Source of the DNA: an uncultured Gammaproteobacteria bacterium
Lineage (GTDB): Bacteria > Pseudomonadota > Gammaproteobacteria > Steroidobacterales > Rariloculaceae
DNA length: 64,000 nucleotides
Assembly (NCBI GenBank): GCA_963748045.1
Contig: CAVVIC010000018.1
Span: forward strand, 37,021-101,020
Direction of reading: 5' to 3'
In this document: positions 49,992-62,179 of the stretch, piece after piece
Layout of the letters: each line of letters opens with the position of its first letter
How positions within the stretch are numbered: position 1 is the first letter of the stretch
Notes under the pieces: model-generated
Seen by the model: only the letters and a program-made list of their open reading frames with translations
The model's database searches: none
Told to the model about the DNA's origin: nothing
Made by a program: the position numbers and the translations under genes

Positions 49992-50006
49992 GCGGAGCCC
50001 GCAGCC

Positions 50007-50693
50007 ATGATGACCGCCATGACGATCGCCATGCTCACGGCCGTAGCCGTGTGGTGGCTATTGATCCAGCGGCTGAAGGACAAGCCGTGGCTGACGCAGG
50101 GCGTGATACCGACGAGTCAGGAAGGCATCACGTCGTCGGCACCGAAGGTCGGTTTGTGGGTGTTCCTGGCGGTCGTCTCGAGCCTGTTCGGCTTGTTCGC
50201 GAGCGCCTACGCGATGCGCATGCACGGCCACGGCGGGCTCGCCGCTTGGCAACGGCTCGACGAACCGAGCATCCTGTGGGTCAATACGCTGGCGCTCGTG
50301 CTCGCGAGCGGCGCACTGCAGATCGCACGCAACCGCATCGACAAGGACCAGTTCGAGCACGGGCGCGCGCACTTCGCCGCCGCCGGCTTGCTGACCGTGC
50401 TGTTCCTCGTCGGCCAGGTGCTCGCGTGGCGCTTGGCTAACCCGAACGGCACGCTCGATGCGAGCAGCCCGGCGTACAGCCTGTTCGTACTGGTGACGGC
50501 GGCGCACGGCCTGCACCTGATCGGCGGATTGTTCGTGCTCGGCCGCACGGCCACCCACTTGTTCCGCGGCGTAGACAAAGCCGGTGTCGTCGCCCGTAGT
50601 CGGATTCGTCTCAGCGTGCAGCTCTGCACGACTTACTGGCACTGGCTGCTCTTGATCTGGCTCGGCCTGTTCGCGTTACTGCTCTCGACCTAG
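50007..50693 (+). CDS. cytochrome c oxidase subunit III-family protein (first of two)
   Basis: 228 aa, multi-TM, with the subunit-III-like C-terminal pattern ...VTAAHGLHLIGGLFVL...YWHWLLLIWLGLFALL. Two consecutive subunit-III genes recall the coxMNOP-type layout (from memory). Confidence 0.7.
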   Translation: MMTAMTIAMLTAVAVWWLLIQRLKDKPWLTQGVIPTSQEGITSSAPKVGLWVFLAVVSSLFGLFASAYAMRMHGHGGLAAWQRLDEPSILWVNTLALVLASGALQIARNRIDKDQFEHGRAHFAAAGLLTVLFLVGQVLAWRLANPNGTLDASSPAYSLFVLVTAAHGLHLIGGLFVLGRTATHLFRGVDKAGVVARSRIRLSVQLCTTYWHWLLLIWLGLFALLLST

Positions 50694-50708
50694 AAGGAAT
50701 TCTTCGCA

Positions 50709-51397
50709 ATGGCGCAATCGCAAAGCTACCGCAACGCACGCCGAAGCAGAGACGGCGTGGAAGTCCCTCGCTACCGACTGGTCCGCGGACAAACAAACGT
50801 TCCGCGTGCCATGGGGCAAGGCGATGATGTGGATCTTCCTGCTCTCCGACACGTTCATCTTCACGTGCTTCCTCACGGGCTACATGAACGTGCGCGTATC
50901 GACGGCAGTACCCTGGCCGAACCCGAGCGAGGTCTTTGGCCTCGACGTCTTCGGCGTCAGCGTGCCGTTGCTACTGATCGGCATCATGACGTTCGACCTC
51001 ATCACGAGCAGCGGCACGATGGCGCTCGCCGTCAACTTCGGCTATCGCCGCGATCGCGGTCGCACGGCCGCGCTGATGTTCATGACGGCGGCGTTCGGTG
51101 CGATCTTCGTTGCGATGCAGGCGTTCGAGTGGACCAAGCTCATCACCGCAGGAAGGCATCCGCCCCTGGGGCAACCCGATGGGCGCGTCACAGTTCGGCG
51201 CCACCTTCTTCATGATCACGGGGTTCCACGGCCTGCACGTGTCCGCGGGCGTCATATATCTGTGCATCGTGGCGTTCAAGGTGCTGCGCGGCGACTACGA
51301 AAAGAGGGGCTACGAGATCGTCGAGATCGCCGGCCTGTACTGGCACTTCGTCGACCTCGTCTGGGTGTTCATCTTCGCGTTCTTCTATCTCTGGTAG
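50709..51397 (+). pseudogene. cytochrome c oxidase subunit III, two frame interruptions
   Basis: The ATG at 50709 shifts within about 15 nt to KATATHAEAETAWKSLATDWSADKQTFRVPWGKAMMWIFLLSDTFIF...AMQAFEWTKLITA. A second shift near 51150 leads to EGIRPWGNPMGASQFGATFFMITGFHGLHVSAGVIYL...YWHFVDLVWVFIFAFFYLW*. Length is 689 = 3n+2. Confidence 0.85.
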
Positions 51398-51406
51398 GGG
51401 CCTACG

Positions 51407-51766
51407 ATGTCAGCAGCGACCGGACAACAGCATCCGCTAAAGCTCTACTTCTGGATCTGGGGATTGCTGTTCCTATTCAGCGGATTTTCCTACGCCACGG
51501 ACTTCATGCCGCACGGCTACTTCCGCTGGGGCTTGATCCTGCTGTTCATGGTGGCGAAGGCGGGCTTGATCATCGCGATCTTCATGCACATGGCGTGGGA
51601 GCGAAAAGCGCTGATCTGGGCCATCTTAGGGCCGCCGGTCGTGCTGCTCGTGTTGATCGCGCTCATGGTCATCGAAGGCGACTACACCGAATTCACACGC
51701 CTCACCTCGTTCTCGGCGCCGATCGTGCCCTCTGGGCACGCCGCCGCCGAGGAGGCGCACCACTAG
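51407..51766 (+). CDS. cytochrome c oxidase subunit IV-family small membrane protein
   Basis: 119 aa with three TM segments. ...LLFMVAKAGLIIAIFMHMAWERK... matches the prokaryotic subunit IV (CoxD/CyoD-like) pattern and position. Confidence 0.7.
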   Translation: MSAATGQQHPLKLYFWIWGLLFLFSGFSYATDFMPHGYFRWGLILLFMVAKAGLIIAIFMHMAWERKALIWAILGPPVVLLVLIALMVIEGDYTEFTRLTSFSAPIVPSGHAAAEEAHH

Positions 51767-51815
51767 CACGCGGCCCGCACGGCCCGGAAGGCTCATTCGA
51801 TGTTGATCTGGTTGA

Positions 51816-52109
51816 TTGGCGTCGTCGATCTTCATCCTGATCTGGGGCAAGCTCTGGCGCGCGCTGCCCGCGGCTGGCTTCGGCGTGCTGATCGGGTTAC
51901 CGTTGGCGTGGGTCGCGTCGATTCTCATCACACCGTACATCACAGGCATGAAATCAATACCGGTTTGGTTACCGCCGCTGCCGCTCGTGATCATCGCGGT
52001 CACGTTGTTCGTGTTCGGCGTGATCACTTGGCTGCGCGCCGATAAGCTCACGCCGCTGAAAGACGCGGACGCGCACGACGACCACGGTCACGGCGACGGT
52101 CATCACTGA
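51816..52109 (+). CDS. small membrane protein with a His/Asp-rich C-terminus
   Basis: 97 codons from a TTG start, with 2-3 TM segments and the tail ...DADAHDDHGHGDGHH. Start is uncertain (an ATG at 51800 is in another frame). Confidence 0.4.
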   Translation: MASSIFILIWGKLWRALPAAGFGVLIGLPLAWVASILITPYITGMKSIPVWLPPLPLVIIAVTLFVFGVITWLRADKLTPLKDADAHDDHGHGDGHH

Positions 52110-52131
52110 CCATCGTCCGCGCTAGTCTGCG

Positions 52132-52530
52132 TTAGTCTTCCGTCGCCTTCTGCTGCGCCGCGGCGGCGCGCACGAGGCGTTTCACGAAGACGCGCATCTC
52201 GTTAGCCGCCTGCCGGTCACCGCGCCGCTCGGCCACTTCGATGCCGCGCTCGTAGGCCTGCTGCGCTTCCACGGTCTTGCCCGCCGCCGCGAGCGCCCTG
52301 CCGAGCGCCTTCCAGCCCGCCGAATACTCCGGGTCGATGCGCACGGCCCCCTGCGCGTGGCGCACGGCGGCGAGCGCATCACCGGCCTCGAGATAGCGGG
52401 ACGCGAGCGCGAGCCGCAACGTCGCGCTGTCGCCACCCTTCACGAGCAGCGCCTCGAGATTCGCGATCAGATCCTGCGGCATAGCGGGCGTAACGATAGC
52501 ACCTCGCTCCGACGCAAGGTCTTCTGGCAA
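52132..52530 (-). CDS. tetratricopeptide-repeat protein
   Basis: 132 aa with TPR-like helical pairs (...LALASRYLEAGDALAAVRHAQGAVRIDPEYSAGWKALGRALAAAGKTVEAQQAYERGIEV...). Confidence 0.65.
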   Translation of the reverse strand: MPEDLASERGAIVTPAMPQDLIANLEALLVKGGDSATLRLALASRYLEAGDALAAVRHAQGAVRIDPEYSAGWKALGRALAAAGKTVEAQQAYERGIEVAERRGDRQAANEMRVFVKRLVRAAAAQQKATED

Positions 52531-52611
52531 ACGCTACCGTAGGCTGGCTATAGTAATCGCACGCCTCCGCCGGCGATCTCGTCGCCGGCCGGGCGGAGCG
52601 GGGGAACGAAC

Positions 52612-53014
52612 ATGCGAGCGAATTGGCGAGTCATCGTGCCGGCAGTGCTATTGGCGACGCTCGGCGGCGCTGTCCAGGCGCACCACTCCTTCACGGCCAC
52701 GTACTTCGAAGATCGCACGGTCGAGATCCAGGGCAAGCTGCTGCAGTTCCTGTTCCGCAATCCGCACTCGTTCGTGCACGTCGAAGTGCCGGACGAGAAA
52801 GGCGAGATGCATCGTTGGGCGGTCGAGTGGGGCGGCGCCGGGCGCGCTCGCGAACCAGGGCGTCACGAACCAGACGCTGCACGTCGGCGACGTCGTGACG
52901 ATCACCGGTAATCCAGGCCGCGAGGCCGGCGACTATCGCCTGCGCATGCAGTTCCTGCGCCGCCCGGCGGACGGCTTCGAGTGGGGCCGCAAACCCGGCG
53001 AGACGTTCAACTGA
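52612..53014 (+). pseudogene. small secreted protein with a predicted mature N-terminus His-His (resembles what I recall as DUF6152), frame interrupted once
   Basis: The signal MRANWRVIVPAVLLATLGGAVQA is followed by HHSFTATYFEDRTVEIQGKLLQFLFRNPHSFVHVEVPDEKGEMHRWAVEWGGAG. After a shift near 52842 it continues ALANQGVTNQTLHVGDVVTITGNPGREAGDYRLRMQFLRRPADGFEWGRKPGETFN*. Length is 403 = 3n+1. Confidence 0.6.
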
Positions 53015-53025
53015 GCCGGCCTCTG

Positions 53026-53879
53026 GTGCGCACACTCCTAGCCGGCGGCACTCTGCTCGTGGCACTCGCGGCCGCGAGCCCGGCGCTCGCGCAGATCAGC
53101 CTCGTCGGCGAGTGGACCGGCAAGTATCACGAGGATTTCGACGATCGCGTGCCGGGCGACTTACAGGGCGACTTCACGGGCGTACCGATGAACGACGCCG
53201 CGCGTCGCTACGCGGACGCGTTCAACGTCACGCGCGTCACGGTGCTCGAGCACCAGTGCCAGCCGTACAACGTCGCGCACATCTACCGCGGCCCGCTGCA
53301 GTTCCGGCTCTGGGAAGACAAGGACCCCGCGACGCAGGAGATCATCGCGTATCGCGCAGTACATCGGCACGTACCAGCAGTGGCGCACGATCTGGATGGA
53401 CGGACGCGCCGCGGCCGCCCGATTACGCGCCGCACACGAACATGGGCTTCTCGCTCGGCGAGTGGCACGGCGACATCCTGACCGTCACCACGACGCACAT
53501 CAAAAAGGAGTTCTATCGGCGCAGCGGCGCTCCGAGCAGCGATCTGACCACGCTCGTCGAGCACTACATCCGCCACGGCAATCTGCTGTCGCACGTCATG
53601 ATCATCACGGACCCCGTGTACCTCACGGAGCCGTTCGTGCAGAGCGAAGAGTTCGTGCTGATGGACCGCGGCAACCAGAACTGGCTGTACAACTGCGAGT
53701 ACGTCATGGAAGTGCCGATGGACAAGAACAAGGTGCCGTACTACCTGCCCGGCCAGAATCCGTTCATCCAGGACTTCGCGAAGAAATTCGGCCTGCCGTT
53801 CGACGCCGTGTTCGGCGGCGCGCCGACGACGTATCCCGATTACCTGCCGACGCTCGAGCGGCTCATGAACCGCAAATGA
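53026..53879 (+). pseudogene. secreted hypothetical protein, paralogue of 54786-55663, two frame interruptions
   Basis: GTG at 53026, with the signal ...LLVALAAASPALA. ...GEWTGKYHEDFDDRVPGDLQGDFTGVPMNDAARRYADAFN...QEIIAY runs to a shift near 53357. QYIGTYQQWRTIWMDGR runs to a shift near 53410. The rest is PPDYAPHTNMGFSLGEWHGDILTVTTTHIKKEFYRRSGAPSS...ITDPVYLTEPFVQSEEF.... Length is 854 = 3n+2. Confidence 0.6.
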
Positions 53880-54786
53880 CGCGCGCGCCGCTCATCATTG
53901 CGTTGCTGCTCGCCGCGGGGCTCGGTCTCGAAGCACGCGCGCAGCCGCGCATCGAAGCGTTCCACGTGCAGGGCAACGTCTACATGCTGGTCGGCGCCGG
54001 AGCGAACGTCGCGGTGCAGATCGGCGACGAAGGCGTGCTCGTGGTCGATACCGGCACCGCCGCCACGCGCGAGCCATTGCTCGCCGCGATCCGGCGACTC
54101 TCCACGAAGCCGATCCGCTGGATCGTCAACACGAGCGCGGACGTGGAGCACACCGGCGGCAACACCGCGATCTCGCAGGCCGGCCAGACCGTGAACGGCA
54201 ATCCGGCCGCGATCATCGCGCACGAGAACGCGCTCGCGCGCATGTCCGCCGAGAATCGCGCGGCCACGGACCTGCCGCTGAACACGTTCTTCGAGGACGG
54301 CCGCGACTTCGCGTTCAACGGCGAGGCCGTGTTCCTGTACCACGTGCCCGCGGCGCACAGCGACGGCGACGTCATGGTCTACTTCCGCGGCTCCGACGTG
54401 CTCGTGGCCGGCGACCTCTTCGTGACGACGAGCTACCCCGTGATCCGCAGCGGACGCCGGGCGGCGGCGTCGACGGTTTCGTCGCGGGCCTGAACAAGCT
54501 GCTCGACATGGCGGTGCCGAAGTATTTGCAGGAAGGCGGCACGTACGTGATCCCCGGCCACGGCCGCGTGGGCGACGAGGCCGACCTCCTCGACTTCCGC
54601 GACATGGTCGTGATCCTGCGCGACCGAATCGCGAGCCTGAGTCGCGAAGGGCATGACGCTGGAGCAGGTCATGGCGACGAAGCCCACGCTCGACTACGAC
54701 CGGCGCTACGCGACGGCCGCGTGGACATCCGCGATGTTCGTCGCGGCGTGTACCGCGACCTGCAGCAGCGCAAAGGCGGCCGCTGA
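53876..54786 (+). pseudogene. secreted metallo-beta-lactamase-fold hydrolase, at least three frame interruptions
   Basis: A signal peptide is followed by ...NVYMLVGAGANVAVQIGDEGVLVVDTG...WIVNTSADVEHTGGN...HVPAAHSDGDVMVYFRGSDVLVAGDLF.... Shifts occur near 54440, 54650 and 54750. The later parts are ...GVDGFVAGLNKLLDMAVPKYLQEGGTYVIPGHGRV... and MTLEQVMATKPTLDYDRRY.... Confidence 0.7.
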
Positions 54787-55663
54787 TGCGCGCACTTCGC
54801 ACCTGCCGTCGCGCCGCGCTCGTGACCGGCCTGCTGCTCGGCGGCAGCGCCGGCCGTGCTCGCGCAGCGCGCCGCCACACCGCGCGAACTCGCCGCGTCG
54901 CAAGGCCGGCGCGCCGATCGACCTCACGGGCTACTGGGTGGCCGTCGTCAGCGAGGACTGGCGCCATCGCATGACCACGCCGCGCAAGGGCGACTTCGAG
55001 AGCGTGCCGCTGAACGCGAAGGGCCGCCGCGTGGCGAACACGTGGAATCTCGACGCCGACAACTGCGGCCGGCGAGCAGTGCAAAGCGTTCGGCGTCGGC
55101 GGCCTCATCGCGCCAGCCGGGCCGCCTGCACGTCACGTGGGCCGACGACGACACGCTGAAAGTCGAATTCGACGCGGGCACGCAGACGCGCCTCTTCGAG
55201 TTCGGCACACCGCCAGCCGCGAGCGGCGCCAAGACCTGGCAAGGATTGTCGCGCGCGCGCTGGATCAAGCCGCCGGGCGCCGGCGGCGGGCCGGTCCGCG
55301 CGCAGATCGGCAACAACGCGGGCCCGGTGCTCGCGGGCGGCGGCGGCCGCGGCCAACGCGGCGGCCCGGCGCCTTCGGCCGCGCTGAACGAGGGCGGCTC
55401 GCTCGAAGGTCACGACGACGGCGTTCCGCGCCGGCTATCTGCGCAAGAACGGCGTGCCGTACAGCGAAGCCGCGAAGATCACCGAGTACATCCACCGTCT
55501 GCCGGCCGCGCCGAACGGCGACATGTGGCTGCACGTCGTCACGATCGTGGACGACCCGCAGTATCTGAACGAGCCGTTCTACACGAGCACGATGTTCAAG
55601 CGCGAAGCGAGTGGCGCGAAGTGGCATCCCACCGACTGCCGCACCGCGCCGCCGCCGGGCTAG
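54786..55663 (+). pseudogene. secreted hypothetical protein, paralogue of 53026-53879, five successive +1 frame interruptions
   Basis: Recognisable pieces occur in the frame order 0,1,2,0,1,2. They include ...IDLTGYWVAVVSEDWRHRMTTPRKGDFESVPLNAKGRRVANTWN..., GEQCKAFGVGGLIA, QPGRLHVTWADDDTLKVEF..., and KVTTTAFRAGYLRKNGVPYSEAAKITEYIHR...IVDDPQYLNEPFYTSTMF.... Length is 878 = 3n+2. Confidence 0.55.
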
Positions 55664-55738
55664 CGACGCACCGAACCCCTTCAGAACTGCCGGCAGAGTT
55701 GATATCGTCGGCGCATCAATCGATGAGGACGCACCGCC

Positions 55739-55855
55739 GTGGCTAAAGAACGCACTACCCAGAAGGAAGGAAAGAAGAAGCCCTTGCTGACTCCGAAGGA
55801 GCGCAAGGAGCAGAAGCGCGCCAAGAAGGCGGCGCGGCAGTCCCAGCACGGCTGA
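55739..55855 (+). CDS. possible 38-aa lysine-rich small protein
   Basis: A GTG start has GAGGA about 11 nt upstream. The translation is VAKERTTQKEGKKKPLLTPKERKEQKRAKKAARQSQHG*. It is below the ORF-track size cut-off, and the AAG-dominated codon use fits the genome. Speculative. Confidence 0.25.
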   Translation: MAKERTTQKEGKKKPLLTPKERKEQKRAKKAARQSQHG

Positions 55856-56011
55856 GTCGACAGTCGCGCCCGACGGCGCGCGGTGTCGAAGAACTCCGGC
55901 GACGGGCGGTCCCGCGGCTAGTCATCACCCGCCGCACCGCACCGCCACCGGGCCAGTACGCACATCTCTCGGTGCGCGGCTCATCGCCGCGAAACCGCCA
56001 CGCGCGCGTGC

Positions 56012-56027
56012 CGATTGCATACAATCG
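56012..56027. promoter_or_regulatory. palindrome upstream of the iorAB-like operon (candidate operator)
   Basis: CGATTGcataCAATCG has perfect 6-bp arms. It lies about 60 nt upstream of the ATG at 56086. Confidence 0.2.
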
Positions 56028-56085
56028 TTGCACGCTCCCGGCATCACGGCCGGAACCCGAATTCTCTTCGCCCAAGGAGTCACCG

Positions 56086-56548
56086 ATGTCCGTCTCGTTC
56101 ACCCTAAACGGCGTCGCCGTCCAGCACGACGGCGATCCCGCGATGCCGCTGCTGTGGTTCGTCCGCGAGCGGCAGCAGCTCACCGGTTCGAAGTTCGGCT
56201 GCGGCGTCGCGATGTGCGGCGCGTGCACGATGCACCTCGAAGGCACGCCGATCCGCACCTGCATCACGCCGGTCAGCGCCGTGGAGGGCAAGTCGGTCAC
56301 GACGATCGAGGGACTCAGCGAGCCCGGCCGCGCACGCCGTGCAGCAGGCCTGGCGCGAGCTCGACGTCGTGCAGTGCGGCTACTGCCAGTCCGGCCAGAT
56401 CATGGCGGCGACGGCGCTGTTGACGCAGAACCCCGCGCCGACCGACTCCGATATCGACACCGCGATGCGCGGCAACCTGTGCCGCTGCGCCACCTATCAC
56501 CGGATCCGCGCGGCGATCCACACCGCCGCGAAGACGCTGGCCGGCTAA
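56086..56548 (+). pseudogene. (2Fe-2S)-binding small subunit of an aldehyde oxidase/isoquinoline oxidoreductase-type molybdoenzyme (IorA-like), frame interrupted once
   Basis: [53 protein letters not shown]... carries the first cluster. After a shift near 56325 comes ...[24 protein letters not shown]...[12 protein letters not shown], the second cluster. Length is 463 = 3n+1. Confidence 0.85.
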
Positions 56549-56564
56549 CCGCGAAGGAAATCAC

Positions 56565-58756
56565 ATGAGCATTCCCACTCTCGCTGCCGCGGCCCGCTTC
56601 ACGACCACGCGCCGCACGTTCATCCAGGTCACCACGCTCGCCGGCGCCGGCTTCATCGTCGGCTGCGGCGAATCGCCGTCCGTCACGTCGAAGGCGCCGG
56701 TCGCTGCGGCGCCCACGGGGCCCGTCACGTTCAACGCGTTCGTGAAGATCGGCGCCGACAACAAGGTCACGGCCATCATCAAGCACCTCGACAAGGGCCA
56801 GGGCGTCACGACCGGCCTGTCGACGCTGATCGCCGAGGAGCTCGACGCGGCTTGGGACCAGATGGTCGCCGAGTTCGCGCCGGCCGATACCGCGAAGTAC
56901 GCGAACCTGTCGCTCGGCCTCCAGGGCACGGGCGGCTCGAGCTCGGTCGCGAATTCGTGGCTGCAGTACCGCAAGGCCGCGGCCGCGGCGCGCGCGATGT
57001 TGGTCCAAGCGGCCGCCGCGCAGTGGAAGGTCGCCGCCGATTCGATCACGGTCGCGGACGGCGTGCTGAGCGCGCCCGGCGGCCACAAGGCCACGTTCGG
57101 CGAGCTCGCCGCTGCGGCGGGCGCCATCGCGCCGCCGGCCGAGCCGAAGATCAAGGATCCGGACAGCTTCAAGCTGATCGGCAAGCACGTGCCGCGCATC
57201 GACAGCCTCGCCAAGACCACCGGCAAAGCCATCTACACGCTCGACAAGACCGTGCCCGGCATGCTCGTGGCCGTCGTCGCGCATGCGCCGAAGTTCGGCG
57301 CGAAGGTCGCGTCGTTCGACGCGACGAAGACGAAGACCCTGCCCGGCGTCGTCGACGTCGTGCAGATCCCGACCGGCGTCGCGGTGCTCGCGGACGGCTA
57401 CTGGACCGCGCTCAAAGGCCGCGAAGCGCTGACGCGTGCAGTGGGACGAGAGCACTGCCGAGAAGCGCGGCAGCGCCGAGCTCACCGCCGAGTACAAGGC
57501 GCTGGCCGGCAAACCCGGGCTCGTCGCACTGAACACCGGCGACGCGGCCGCCGCGCTCGGCAAGGCCAAGAAGAAGCTCGCGGGCGATTTCGAGTTCCCG
57601 TACCTCGCGCACGCATCGATGGAGCCGATGAACTGCATCGTCGCGTTGCAAAGCCGACGAGTGCGAGATCTGGACCGGCTCGCAGTTCCAGACGTTCGAT
57701 CAGCAGAAGGCCGCCGCCATCACGGGGCTCAAGGTCGAGCAGATCAAGATCAACACGCTGTTCGCGGGCGGCAGCTTCGGCCGCCGCGCGGTGCCGGACA
57801 GCGACTACATCGCCGAGGCCGTCACGATCGCGAAGGCCATCGACGGCCGCGTGCCGGTGAAGCTCCAGTGGTCGCGCGAGGACGACATGCGCGCCGGCAA
57901 GTACCGCCCGATGCACTTCCATCGGCTCGCGGGCGGCGTCGACGCGAACGGCGACGTCGTGGCGTGGACGCAGACGATCGTCGGCCAGTCACTCGTCAAA
58001 GGCACGCCGCTCGAGGGGTTCCTGATGAAGGACGGCATCGATTCGTCGTCGGTCGAGGGCGCCGGCACGCCGTACGCGATCGCGAACCAGAAGATCGACG
58101 TGCATCATCCCGAGGTCGGCGTGCCCGTGCTGTGGTGGCGCTCGGTCGGTCACACGCATACGGCGTTCGCGACCGAGGTGTTCCTGGACGAGCTCGTGGC
58201 CGCCGCCGGCAAAGATCCGGTCGAGGTGCGGCGCGCGCTGCTGAAGGACCATCCGCGCCATCTCGGCGTGCTGAACCTCGCGGCCGAGAAAGCCGGCTGG
58301 GGCACACCGCTGCCGAAAGGCCGCGGCCGCGGCGTCGCGGTGCACGAGTCGTTCGGCAGCTTCGTGGCCGAGGTCGCGGAAGTCACGGTCAAGAGCGACG
58401 GCACGTTCTCGGTCGATCGCGTGGTGTGCGCGGTCGACTGCGGCATCGCGGTGAACCCGGACGTGGTGCGCGCGCAGATGGAAGGCGGCATCGGCTATGG
58501 GCTCAGCGCCGCGTTGCGCGAGCAGATCACGCTCGTGGGTGGCGCCGTGCAGCAGTCGAACTTCACGGACTACCAGCCGCTGCGCATCAACGACATGCCG
58601 GTGGTCGAGGTGCACATCGTGCCGTCGACCGAGGCGCCGAGTGGCGTCGGCGAGCCGGGCTTGCCGCCGCTGGCGCCGGCGGTCGTGAACGCGATTCGCT
58701 CGGTGACCGGCAAGTCGATCCGGCGGTTGCCGATCGGCGACCGCGTTCCAGTTTGA
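56565..58756 (+). pseudogene. molybdopterin-binding large subunit (IorB-like) with a Tat signal, two frame interruptions
   Basis: The twin-arginine signal is ...TTRRTFIQVTTLAGAGFIVGC. Shifts occur near 57433 and 57657. The C-terminal 320 codons (ORF 57791-58756) include ...[16 protein letters not shown]... and ...[18 protein letters not shown].... Length is 2192 = 3n+2. Confidence 0.85.
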
Positions 58757-58819
58757 GATCGCGCGGCGGCTTCCGATAGCGAACAACGAGGAGTTAGGCT
58801 CGCGGTGGCCAGCGCCGCG

Positions 58820-61503
<2,684 letters not shown>

Positions 61504-61666
61504 TAGCTCGCTTCCCAAAAACCCGAGCCGCCATGGGCGACAAGACAGCATACACAAACGACCGCGCGCGCCGCAGGCGCGCCGCCGCGCCCGGGCCTGT
61601 TACGAATGCCTAATGCAGCGCGATGCCCAAGGCGGGACGCCGGTATTGTGGGTAAACTGACGGTTC

Positions 61667-62179
61667 ATGAAGGTCTCGAGTCTGGAAGCCATCCTGCGCG
61701 CACTCGCCGACGCGGAGGCGCGCTACTTGATCGTCGGCGGCCTGGCGGTAGCCGCTCACGGTTACGGGCGATTGACGTTCGACCTGGATCTCGTCGTACA
61801 ACTGCAGCCCGATAACGTGGCCCGAACGCTGCGGTCGCTCGACCGATTGGGGTACGTCCCTCTGGTCCCGGTCGCGGCCGCCGACTTCGCAGATCCGGTG
61901 AAACGCGAGTCGTGGATTCGAGAAAGGAACGCCGTCGTCTTCCAGTTGCACAGCGAGCGCCATCGAGAGACGCGCATAGACCTTTTCGTTTCCGAGCCGT
62001 TCGATTTCGAGCACGAATATCGGCACGCCAAGACGGGCGAGCTTCTGCCGGGACTACCAGCGCGATTCGTGCGGCTCGAAACGCTCATACGAATGAAAGA
62101 GGCCGCCGGACGAGAGAAGGATCTCGAGGACGTCCGCCAGTTGCGACTGCTGATGGAGCACGCCGACAGTGGGCAATGA
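61667..62179 (+). CDS. minimal nucleotidyltransferase-fold protein (Pol-beta superfamily; resembles what I recall as DUF6036)
   Basis: Intact 170 aa. The NTase motif is in YLIVGGLAVAAHGYGRLTFDLDLVV (G-G...h-D-h-D). The C-terminal ...LIRMKEAAGREKDLEDVRQL... is common in this family. Confidence 0.6.
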   Translation: MKVSSLEAILRALADAEARYLIVGGLAVAAHGYGRLTFDLDLVVQLQPDNVARTLRSLDRLGYVPLVPVAAADFADPVKRESWIRERNAVVFQLHSERHRETRIDLFVSEPFDFEHEYRHAKTGELLPGLPARFVRLETLIRMKEAAGREKDLEDVRQLRLLMEHADSGQ

